A stretch of DNA of 64,000 nucleotides, taken from contig CAYLVW010000001.1 of the NCBI GenBank assembly GCA_964387275.1, positions 227,436 through 291,435 of the forward strand, given 5' to 3'. How positions within the stretch are numbered: the first letter of the stretch is position 1; every line of letters starts with the position of its first letter. The stretch comes from an uncultured Candidatus Saccharibacteria bacterium (GTDB lineage: Bacteria; Patescibacteriota; WWE3; UBA101185; UBA10185). This document shows positions 19,684-28,605 of the stretch, piece by piece. The notes under the pieces are model-generated. The model was given only the letters and a program-made list of their open reading frames with translations, was not told the origin of the DNA and made no database searches. A program made the translations under genes and the position numbers.

Positions 19684-21786
19684 ATGTTAGTTATGTTTGA
19701 TTTAAAGTCTAACTACAGTCCTACAGGAGATCAACCAAATGCTATAAACCAACTTACAGAGTGGGTTTTGAAAGACAAACGTAATCAAACTCTTTTAGGT
19801 GTTACAGGATCGGGAAAAACATTTACAATAGCAAATCTAATAAAAAATGTAAGCAAACCCACTCTTATTATTTCTCATAATAAAACTCTCGCCGCTCAGC
19901 TTTACCAAGAGTTTAGAGATTTTTTTCCAAACAACGCTGTAGAGTATTTTGTTAGCTACTATGACTACTATCAGCCCGAAAGTTACATTCCTCAGACAGA
20001 TACCTACATCGAAAAGGATGCAGACATTAACGAGAAGATAGATAAACTTAGATTATCGGCAACTACATCACTCATGACCAGAAAAGATGTTATTGTAATA
20101 TCTTCAGTGTCTTGTATTTATAACCTAGGGTCGCCAGCTGAATACTCAAAAATGGCATTAGAGCTACAAATAGGTATGAAACTCAGACAAGTGGATTTAT
20201 TAAAACGACTTTCTCAAATTTATTATGATAGATCAGAGTTTGAATTCAAAAGAGGAACTTATAGAGTGCGTGGCGAGTACGTAGATGTTTATTTAGCCTA
20301 CACTGATTTTGGTATTAGAATAGAAATATTAAATGACATACTAATGGATATATCTTATTTTGACCCATTGACTGGTAACATTATTGATAAAAGTATTTTA
20401 CCCCAGGAAAGAAGAGGTAGCCACACAAAATCTATAACTCAAGATCCGAAAGATTATGTCGAACAGCATATGGTGCGAGGGAACTATGCCTACATCTACC
20501 CAGCGAAGCATTATATTGCACCCGAGGAGCGTAGAAAGTCAGGTATGGAGCAGATACAAGAAGATTTAAGTACACAGCTTAATCTTCTTAGAAGTCAAGG
20601 AAAAATGATAGAGGCTTATAGGTTAGAGCAGAGGACAAACTATGATTTAGAAATGATTCAGGAGATCGGGTATTGTAAGGGTATTGAAAATTACTCCAGA
20701 TATTTTGACGGTAGGGAGGTTGGTGGTACACCTTATACTTTAATGGACTTTTTTCCAAAAGATTACTTATTAGTAATTGATGAGTCTCATATCACAGTGC
20801 CACAAGTGAGGGGCATGTTTAATGGCGATAGGGCAAGAAAGCAAACATTAGTTGACTATGGATTTAGACTACCATCAGCATTAGATAATAGACCGCTTAA
20901 TTTTGAGGAGTTTTTGCGTAAAGTAAACCAAACAGTTTTTACATCAGCAACCCCTACAGATTGGGAATTAAGCATGTCTGAGGGACGTATAGCCGAGCAA
21001 ATCATACGACCTACTGGAATTGTAGATCCTACTATCAAGATACTACCTAGTAACGGTCAGATTGATGACCTTTTTGCAAGAATTAAACAAAGAATTTCTA
21101 ACTCACAAAGAGTCTTAGTTACTACACTTACCAAAAGAATGGCTGAAGAGCTTGCTTCTTTTCTTGTCGAAAAGGGTATTAAAGTTACATACCTGCACTC
21201 AGATATAGATACTTTGGAAAGAACAAATATCTTGGACGATCTGCGCAAGGGTAATTACGATGTGCTTGTGGGAATCAACTTGTTAAGAGAGGGTTTAGAT
21301 TTACCCGAAGTTTCACTTGTAGCTATTTTAGATGCAGATAAAGAAGGTTTTCTAAGAAGTGATACTTCTCTTATTCAAACTATGGGAAGAGCAGCTCGGC
21401 ATATTCTTGGGGAAGTTGTTATGTATGCAGATAATATTACTGGCAGCATGAGAAGAGCAATAGATGAGGTAGATAGAAGAAGAAAGATTCAAACACAGTA
21501 TAATCTTGATCATGGAATTGTTCCAACCCAAATTAATAAACCCATTAGAGCAAAGTTAATAGATGATGAGATTGAAGAAACCACTACCTCTAAACAAAAG
21601 AGAGGTAGCAAAAAGATTACTGAAAATGAAGATTATACAATCTTACCACCGCCAGAAATTAAAAAGCTTGTAAAAAAGTATACAGAGATGATGAAGTTTG
21701 AGGCAGAAAGTTTGAATTTTGAAAAAGCCGCTGATCTTAGAGATAAACTTCGTGATATCAAAAAGCATTTAGACTCAATTGAGTAA
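19684..21786 (+). CDS. uvrB: Excinuclease ABC subunit B (UvrB)
   Basis: N-terminus SPTGDQPNAINQL...TLLGVTGSGKTFT (Walker A), helicase motifs and a C-terminal UVR domain. The true start may be the ATG at 19693 (MFDLKS...). Confidence 0.9.
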   Translation: MLVMFDLKSNYSPTGDQPNAINQLTEWVLKDKRNQTLLGVTGSGKTFTIANLIKNVSKPTLIISHNKTLAAQLYQEFRDFFPNNAVEYFVSYYDYYQPESYIPQTDTYIEKDADINEKIDKLRLSATTSLMTRKDVIVISSVSCIYNLGSPAEYSKMALELQIGMKLRQVDLLKRLSQIYYDRSEFEFKRGTYRVRGEYVDVYLAYTDFGIRIEILNDILMDISYFDPLTGNIIDKSILPQERRGSHTKSITQDPKDYVEQHMVRGNYAYIYPAKHYIAPEERRKSGMEQIQEDLSTQLNLLRSQGKMIEAYRLEQRTNYDLEMIQEIGYCKGIENYSRYFDGREVGGTPYTLMDFFPKDYLLVIDESHITVPQVRGMFNGDRARKQTLVDYGFRLPSALDNRPLNFEEFLRKVNQTVFTSATPTDWELSMSEGRIAEQIIRPTGIVDPTIKILPSNGQIDDLFARIKQRISNSQRVLVTTLTKRMAEELASFLVEKGIKVTYLHSDIDTLERTNILDDLRKGNYDVLVGINLLREGLDLPEVSLVAILDADKEGFLRSDTSLIQTMGRAARHILGEVVMYADNITGSMRRAIDEVDRRRKIQTQYNLDHGIVPTQINKPIRAKLIDDEIEETTTSKQKRGSKKITENEDYTILPPPEIKKLVKKYTEMMKFEAESLNFEKAADLRDKLRDIKKHLDSIE

Positions 21787-21884
21787 TTAAGATATCCCAT
21801 TTTATATTTCTTAATTAATATTTATTTTCTGCTAACATATTGTTATAAATTACATAAGGATGTTTTCTTTATTCAGAAAATACT

Positions 21885-23915
21885 TTGATTAATATTGTAA
21901 TTACTAAAACTAAAAGTTTATTCCACGATATATTTTACCTTTCTCTCTTTTTAGTAGTAGGTCTTGGTAATGTTATTCTTAGACTATTCAGAGAAGTTTT
22001 TAGGAAGGTTAGATTTAAAGGTACTGTAGTAACTCAAAATAAATTTAAAACAGTAAGTAAAACTAAAGCTTCCAAAGCTAAAACAAAGTATCATTTGATA
22101 GAATCTATTGGGATTTTTATGTTAGGCTCTGTATTTTCCCTCGTCTTTATTTTTATACCAATTCAAGTGTATTTCTGGTACAGAGACTTACCAAACCCGG
22201 AACTACTAGTTAGCAGAGTCAGAAATAGTAATACAACGATTCTTGATAGATATGGTAGGCTTCTTTACAAACTAAATGAAGATAGTAGCTATGAGAACGT
22301 ACACTTTACACAGATTCCTGACTATGTAATTAAGTCAACATTAGCAATAGAAGATCACGAGTTTTATAATCACTATGGTTTTAGACCACTTAGTATAATA
22401 AGGGCAGCAAGAGCAAACATAGTTTATGATCAAATCCAAGGCGGTTCTACTATTACTCAACAGCTAGTAAAAAACATATTATTATCTCCAGAAAAAACAT
22501 ACTCAAGAAAACTTAAAGAAGTTGTAGTTTCTGTTTTGGTTGAGAAAAGGTACACAAAAGATCAAATACTTGAAATGTATCTAAACAATATTTCATACGG
22601 TGGTTCTTCAATAGGTATCCAAGCTGCGTCAAAAAGTTTTTTTGGAAAAAATGTATGGGATTTATCTTTGGCTGAAGCTACTATGCTCGCAGGACTTCCT
22701 TCAGCTCCCTCAGTTTATTCTCCGACAACAGGAGATTTTGATAAAGCAAAGCAACGTCAACTTTATGTACTTGAGAGGATGGTATCCCTTGGTTATATCA
22801 ATAGGGAGCAGGCAGATGAAGCAATTAAAGATGAGTTAGTATTTATCACCCCTTCAAGTTATATTAGGGCACCTCATTTTGTGAATTATGTACTAGACTT
22901 AGTAAATGAAAAATATGGTAGTGTGTATGTGGCTTCTGGTGGGCTTACTATAAGGACAAGTATAGATTTAGATTTGCAAGAACAAGTTCAGTCCATTGTT
23001 CGATCTGGTGTAGAAAAAAGCAAGTATTTGAATATTACAAACGGCGCAGCATTAGTACTTGATAAAAACAGAAATGAAATTTTAGCTTATGTAGGTTCCT
23101 ATAATTATTCAGTTCCTGGATGGGGAAACTACGATATTATAAGAGCAAAAAGGCAACCTGGTTCTTCCATTAAACCAATCACTTATGCTTTAGCGTTATC
23201 AAAAGGCATGACTGCTGAATCAAAAATATTGGATGATGAGTTAGTAATAAAAAATGATTGGGAAACTTATAAACCTGTTAACTACGACGGTAAATATCAC
23301 GGGGAAGTTACACTCACTTCTGCTTTAGCGAACTCTTACAATATACCAGCGGTTAAACTTACACAGAAGTACGGTGCTTATAGTGTAGTCAATCTAGGTA
23401 AAATAATGGGTCTTAGTAGTTGGAATCCTGACGAAGTAGATTATGGTGTATCTGTTACTCTAGGAGGTAAGGAAGTAACTATGTTGGAACTGGCTAATGT
23501 TTATGCGACTTTTGCAAGACAAGGTTATTTTAGTGATATAGACCCGATAATTTCAATAACCGATAATAATGGATACGAAATATATTCAAATGACGAAGAT
23601 ATTGTATCAGTGGGAGAGCAAGTTTTAGATAAAAATATAGCTCAGACAATAACTAATATACTTTCAAGTAACACAGCGAGAACTCCTGCATTTGGTTCAA
23701 GATCTTCTCTTGTGGTAACGGGTCATACTGTGTCTGTAAAAACAGGCACTACCGACAAAAAGAGAGACAACTGGACTCTTGGTTACGATGAGAATTACGT
23801 TGTGTCCGTTTGGGTAGGAAATAACAATAACATTCCTATGAACCAAAACTTAGCCAGTGGTTTATCTGGTGCAGCTCCTATTTGGAATCAGATTTTTAAT
23901 GCTTTATATAAGTAA
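21885..23915 (+). CDS. Class A penicillin-binding protein (bifunctional GT51 transglycosylase/transpeptidase, PBP1A-like)
   Basis: GT51 motifs (EDHEFYNHYGF, GGSTITQQLVKN) and transpeptidase motifs SxxK (GSSIKP) and KTG (VKTGTT), with an N-terminal TM anchor. Confidence 0.85.
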   Translation: MINIVITKTKSLFHDIFYLSLFLVVGLGNVILRLFREVFRKVRFKGTVVTQNKFKTVSKTKASKAKTKYHLIESIGIFMLGSVFSLVFIFIPIQVYFWYRDLPNPELLVSRVRNSNTTILDRYGRLLYKLNEDSSYENVHFTQIPDYVIKSTLAIEDHEFYNHYGFRPLSIIRAARANIVYDQIQGGSTITQQLVKNILLSPEKTYSRKLKEVVVSVLVEKRYTKDQILEMYLNNISYGGSSIGIQAASKSFFGKNVWDLSLAEATMLAGLPSAPSVYSPTTGDFDKAKQRQLYVLERMVSLGYINREQADEAIKDELVFITPSSYIRAPHFVNYVLDLVNEKYGSVYVASGGLTIRTSIDLDLQEQVQSIVRSGVEKSKYLNITNGAALVLDKNRNEILAYVGSYNYSVPGWGNYDIIRAKRQPGSSIKPITYALALSKGMTAESKILDDELVIKNDWETYKPVNYDGKYHGEVTLTSALANSYNIPAVKLTQKYGAYSVVNLGKIMGLSSWNPDEVDYGVSVTLGGKEVTMLELANVYATFARQGYFSDIDPIISITDNNGYEIYSNDEDIVSVGEQVLDKNIAQTITNILSSNTARTPAFGSRSSLVVTGHTVSVKTGTTDKKRDNWTLGYDENYVVSVWVGNNNNIPMNQNLASGLSGAAPIWNQIFNALYK

Positions 23916-24078
23916 GTTTAATATATTTCCCTAGTAGTATGGTTTCTAGTAATATCTGGGTAGAAGTTTTACTTTTAACTAGCACCAAAATAGTATACCT
24001 AGGTTTTAAGTGTGTCCTATTTATTATTGGAAAAATTCCTACTTCACAAACCCGAAATTATCCCGTAAACTCATTTTT

Positions 24079-27000
24079 ATGTCATCAGCTCTGGACTCTA
24101 TTATTGTTAAAGGTGCAAAGCAGCACAACCTCAAAAATGTTGATCTTGTGATACCAAAAAATAAGTTTGTCGTTTTTACCGGTGTTTCAGGTTCTGGTAA
24201 ATCTTCTCTTGCTATGGACACCATATACGCTGAAGGTCAACGAAGATATGTTGAGAGCCTTTCTGCCTATGCTAGGCAATTTCTTGGTGTTATGGATAAG
24301 CCAGACGTTGAAAAAATCGAAGGCCTATCCCCCGCTATTGCTATAGACCAAAAGACTACTTCAAGAAATCCAAGATCTACTGTAGGTACAATCACAGAAG
24401 TTTATGATTTTCTTAGACTTTTGTACGCTCGGGTTGGGCATCCCCATTGTCCTACTTGTGGTAGGGAAATTAGCAGGCAAAGTACTGATCAGATAGTAGA
24501 AAGAATTTTTACTCTTGCATCCCAAGAACCCGATTTTAAAAAAGAAAAAGGTGTGAGATTTATGATTATGTCCCCTGTTGTTAGAGACAGAAAAGGAGAG
24601 TTTTCTACTCTCTTTGATAATTTAAAACGCCAAGGAATATTTAAAGCTCGAATCGACGGTGTTATCAGAAATCTTGGTGACCATCTTGAGCTGCTTAAAA
24701 ATAATAAACACACTGTAGAGGCTATTATTTCTAGAAATATTATCAGTTCTAAAAAGCTTAAAGATTCAGAAGACGGGAAATCTTTAAGATCCTCGATTAC
24801 TCAAAGTATTGAGGCTGCACTAAGGCTTAGTAATGGCAATGCTATGTTATCTATTATTAAAGACAGCTCATTCGATTTTCCAGAAAATCCGAAAGAAGTT
24901 GAAGATCATTTATTTTCTGAAAACTTTGCCTGTCCTTTTTGTAATATTTCTTTACCCGATATAGAACCCAGAACCTTCTCGTTTAACTCTCCTCATGGTG
25001 CCTGTCCTTCCTGTGATGGGCTAGGCACTCAGCTTGATATAGACGAAACTACTATCCTAAATAAAGAATTGTCTATAAGTGAGGGAGGGGTGCTTCCTTG
25101 GAACAAACTTTTTGAACATACAACTTGGACCTCTATGGTTATAGACTCTGTTGCAAAAGACTATGGATTCTCTTTGGATACACCTATAAAAGATCTATCC
25201 AAGGAGCATCTGGAGCTCATACTTTACGGACCCAAAGAACTTAAAAAGTTCAAAGTTACATATAATACTAAAGACGGTAACAGTGGTAACTTCAATTCTA
25301 AGTTTGAGGGAGTGATTCCTAATTTATTAAGAAGGCACAAAGAGACCGAATCAGATTATGTACGTGGAGAGATTGAAAAATACATGGTAAGAGAAGCATG
25401 TCCTGTATGTAAGGGTGCGAGATTAAAGAAAGAGGCTATGTCTGTAGTAATTGATAGTAAAAGTATTTTTGAAAGTACTGAACAGCCCATCGATGTTTTT
25501 GCTTCTTGGGTAAGTCATATAGAGAACGAGGTATTTTCTGAAAGAGAGAACTCTATTGCTGAAGGAATACTAAAAGAAATAAATTACAGAGTTAAATTTT
25601 TAGTTGATGTTGGTTTGTCTTATCTAACTTTGAGTAGAGCATCTTCTCACTTATCAGGTGGGGAAGCACAGCGTATTAGATTGGCATCACAAATAGGTTC
25701 TGGTTTGTCAGGAGTGTTATATGTACTTGATGAGCCGTCTATTGGTCTTCATCAAAGAGACCAAGGTAAACTTATAACTACACTAAAGCATCTAAGAGAT
25801 CTTGGTAACACCGTACTTGTAGTCGAACATGATACAGAAACAATGCTTGAATCTGACTATATTTTTGATTTTGGTCCTGGAGCCGGAGAGCATGGGGGTA
25901 AGATAGTATCAGAAGGCACCCCAGAGCAAATAAAAAAAGATAAGAATTCTGCTACTGGGGACTATCTTTCTGGAAGGAAAGTGGTAGGAGGTTTATATAA
26001 CAAAATAAAAAAAGACCTCGAAGAGCTCGATCCAGAGTCTGGTTTTTCCAAAACTGTTAAAGAAAAAATTTTAGGTAAATCCCTTGTTCTTAAAGGAGCT
26101 ACAGGAAGGAATCTCAAAAACGCTAATCTTGAAGTTCCTCTTGGGAAATTTGTTTGTGTTACTGGGGTTTCAGGTTCTGGGAAATCCACCTTAGTTATGG
26201 ATACTTTGTATAGAGCTTTAAGGCATGAGTTTGGTTTAAAAAATGACGAGAAGCCAGAGCCTTTTAAATCTTTAACTGGGACAGAGAATATTACTCAAAT
26301 GATAGCCATTGATCAGGCACCAATTGGACGTACTCCTAAGTCTAATCCAGCGACTTACACTAAGGTTTTTGATCACATTAGAGAACTTTTCTCTAAGACC
26401 GAGGAAGCCAGAATTAGAGGTTATAAAGAAGGTAGGTTTAGTTTTAATGTTAAGGGTGGCAGGTGTGAAGCCTGTGGCGGTGAAGGTCAGATTAAAATTG
26501 AAATGCAGTTTATGCCCGACGTTTATGTGAATTGTGAGGTTTGTCAGGGTAAGAGATACAATCGTGAAGCTTTGGAGATTTTTTATAAAGGTAAAACAAT
26601 TGCAGATGTTTTGGATATGACTGTTGATGAGGCGTTGAATTTTTTTGCAAACATACCTCAGATTTACAGGAAGTTGAAAACAATTCAGGATGTCGGTTTG
26701 GGATATATCAGGCTAGGCCAACCTGCACCTACTATGTCTGGCGGTGAGGCTCAGAGGGTTAAGCTTGCATTAGAGCTTTCTAAAAGATCTTATGGCAGTG
26801 CTTTATATATTCTTGATGAGCCTACTACAGGTTTGCACTTCTCTGATCTTGAAAAACTAGTTGTAATTATCAAAAGGCTTACAGCTAAGGGTAATACTGT
26901 TCTTGTTATAGAGCACAACTTAGATCTTATTGCTAATGCTGATTGGGTAATTGATTTAGGTCCTGAAGGTGGTACAAATGGAGGTAGGGTTCTATTTAAT

Positions 27001-27096
27001 GGTACTGTTAAAGAATTGCTTACTAAAGATTCCTACACTTCTTCTGCCTTGAAGTTAAATATTAACAATGTTAACAAGGTGATTTTGGGTAATTAA
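24079..27096 (+). CDS. uvrA: Excinuclease ABC subunit A (UvrA)
   Basis: Two ABC ATPase modules (GVSGSGKSS/GVSGSGKST Walker A; LSGGEAQR signature twice) and zinc-finger Cys clusters. The start is placed at MSSALDSIIVKG; the ORF-track start at 24010 adds an implausible 23-aa extension. Confidence 0.9.
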   Translation: MSSALDSIIVKGAKQHNLKNVDLVIPKNKFVVFTGVSGSGKSSLAMDTIYAEGQRRYVESLSAYARQFLGVMDKPDVEKIEGLSPAIAIDQKTTSRNPRSTVGTITEVYDFLRLLYARVGHPHCPTCGREISRQSTDQIVERIFTLASQEPDFKKEKGVRFMIMSPVVRDRKGEFSTLFDNLKRQGIFKARIDGVIRNLGDHLELLKNNKHTVEAIISRNIISSKKLKDSEDGKSLRSSITQSIEAALRLSNGNAMLSIIKDSSFDFPENPKEVEDHLFSENFACPFCNISLPDIEPRTFSFNSPHGACPSCDGLGTQLDIDETTILNKELSISEGGVLPWNKLFEHTTWTSMVIDSVAKDYGFSLDTPIKDLSKEHLELILYGPKELKKFKVTYNTKDGNSGNFNSKFEGVIPNLLRRHKETESDYVRGEIEKYMVREACPVCKGARLKKEAMSVVIDSKSIFESTEQPIDVFASWVSHIENEVFSERENSIAEGILKEINYRVKFLVDVGLSYLTLSRASSHLSGGEAQRIRLASQIGSGLSGVLYVLDEPSIGLHQRDQGKLITTLKHLRDLGNTVLVVEHDTETMLESDYIFDFGPGAGEHGGKIVSEGTPEQIKKDKNSATGDYLSGRKVVGGLYNKIKKDLEELDPESGFSKTVKEKILGKSLVLKGATGRNLKNANLEVPLGKFVCVTGVSGSGKSTLVMDTLYRALRHEFGLKNDEKPEPFKSLTGTENITQMIAIDQAPIGRTPKSNPATYTKVFDHIRELFSKTEEARIRGYKEGRFSFNVKGGRCEACGGEGQIKIEMQFMPDVYVNCEVCQGKRYNREALEIFYKGKTIADVLDMTVDEALNFFANIPQIYRKLKTIQDVGLGYIRLGQPAPTMSGGEAQRVKLALELSKRSYGSALYILDEPTTGLHFSDLEKLVVIIKRLTAKGNTVLVIEHNLDLIANADWVIDLGPEGGTNGGRVLFNGTVKELLTKDSYTSSALKLNINNVNKVILGN

Positions 27097-27219
27097 CCTA
27101 GTTTGTATAAAGCTTAGTGTTTTTTAGATAGATAATATGTGGCTTAACTAGTGGTTTAAAAGCTTAAACTTTCATATACAAAAAAAGAAAAATAAACTTA
27201 TTAAAATTTGTGAAGACTG

Positions 27220-28605
27220 TTATTCTTGTACAATAGCTCTGTAGATTCTTTCATGTTCACCGGAGATTTTTTTAGAATTTTTCCTTCCACCGCCCCTATT
27301 ATTTGCCCTAACAAGCATGGTATCAATATTATCTCTTATCGCTGTTTTGGCTAAATCATCTATTTCCTTAGAAGTTACAGGTAGAGTTTGAATAATTACA
27401 TTATTTCCTCGTTTTTTATAATACTCAAAGATTGCTTTTAAATCCTCTGGGTCAGAATCTGCTGGAAATCTTAATACTACGGGAAATTCTCCATATTGAT
27501 TCTCTAGTCCTATCTGAGCGTTTATAAAATTGCCGAAATTTTGAATTTTATCTATATCGGCCCCTAAATTGAAAGTATTTCCGCTGTTTGATTTGTAGGA
27601 TACCTTGTGTCCTAGGAAATTAACATCTCTCATTGCTGTTGCAAGTGCTTTTGTTTCTTCAGGCTTGTAACATTTTACTTCTACTATTCCTCTTAGTTCA
27701 TCGCCATGTAGGATAAATGCATCAGGCATAGTAAATTCTTCTTTGAGAGTTGTCTCATGTTGTGAGTTTCCAGAGTTACTGCTCCATCCTGAGAACCCAG
27801 TTATATATTCATGTTGAGCAAGTTGTATTCTTTTTCGCTCAGCCCATTTTCTGTAAAGTAAAGCTTTAACATCCCCAGATAACTCCCTATTTTCTCTGAT
27901 TTCAGTAAGTTTAGGGTCAATACCTATTGTGTTTATTGGTATAGGTCCTCCAGGAATTCCTGTCCTTATGGGTGAGATTGCAAAACCTTGTTGTAAAACT
28001 CCTGATATTATTCTAGCTTTGTTTCTACCGTATGGGCTATCTGAGCCTCCAATAGTTGAAGTACCTTCTAACTCACTGATATCTCCAAGAGTTCTGCTCT
28101 GTAGAGCTTCTATACTATATTGAGCGCTTATTCTTTCTCCTGTGAATCCTCTTATGTTCCCTTCTAATGTTTCTTTTATAACAGCTTCATTTATACTCCC
28201 ATTTCGATAGTTGCCTTCAATTTGAGCAATTAAATCCAAAAAAGTATAGTTATTCCATTTCCAACTGGGACTTGTTGCAACCTCTAGTTCTTTTTCTTTA
28301 GTGATAGGTGATGTTTCAGCACTTAGTATTTTTCGACCCAGGAGCTCCCTAATCCTGGATTTTATTCTCGCTCTTGTTTCCGGCTTTTCTGCTATGGTTT
28401 CTAGTACATTATTGCCTGTTGGTGTTTGTGTGATTGCTGCTATTGAAGGTTTTGTTACTGCTGTAGTAGGTTCACTAATAGGTGTTACATGCGGTGGTTT
28501 GCTAAGCTCATTTGTCTGGGGAGGGTTATCAAGTCCAGCAATAAAAAGAGCATCCTTAGTAAGTTGTTCTCTATCTTCTGTTGTAAGTTCAAAGCTTAAC
28601 TTCAT
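27220..28605 (-). CDS. Hypothetical protein (461 aa) with no signal peptide and a possible PD-(D/E)xK-like motif in the C-terminal half
   Basis: Long ORF overlapping the upstream transglutaminase-like gene by 4 nt (operon). The segment ILHGDELRGIVEVKCYK resembles a D...ExK nuclease core, but the match is weak. Confidence 0.5.
   Translation of the reverse strand: MKLSFELTTEDREQLTKDALFIAGLDNPPQTNELSKPPHVTPISEPTTAVTKPSIAAITQTPTGNNVLETIAEKPETRARIKSRIRELLGRKILSAETSPITKEKELEVATSPSWKWNNYTFLDLIAQIEGNYRNGSINEAVIKETLEGNIRGFTGERISAQYSIEALQSRTLGDISELEGTSTIGGSDSPYGRNKARIISGVLQQGFAISPIRTGIPGGPIPINTIGIDPKLTEIRENRELSGDVKALLYRKWAERKRIQLAQHEYITGFSGWSSNSGNSQHETTLKEEFTMPDAFILHGDELRGIVEVKCYKPEETKALATAMRDVNFLGHKVSYKSNSGNTFNLGADIDKIQNFGNFINAQIGLENQYGEFPVVLRFPADSDPEDLKAIFEYYKKRGNNVIIQTLPVTSKEIDDLAKTAIRDNIDTMLVRANNRGGGRKNSKKISGEHERIYRAIVQE

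Noticed and set aside
24010-24078. Long ORF-track start for uvrA (MCPIYYWKNSYFTNPKLSRKLIF...)
   Set aside because: The 23-aa extension is non-homologous to UvrA and overlaps the conserved AAACCCGAAATTA element. The canonical UvrA N-terminus begins at the internal ATG (24079).
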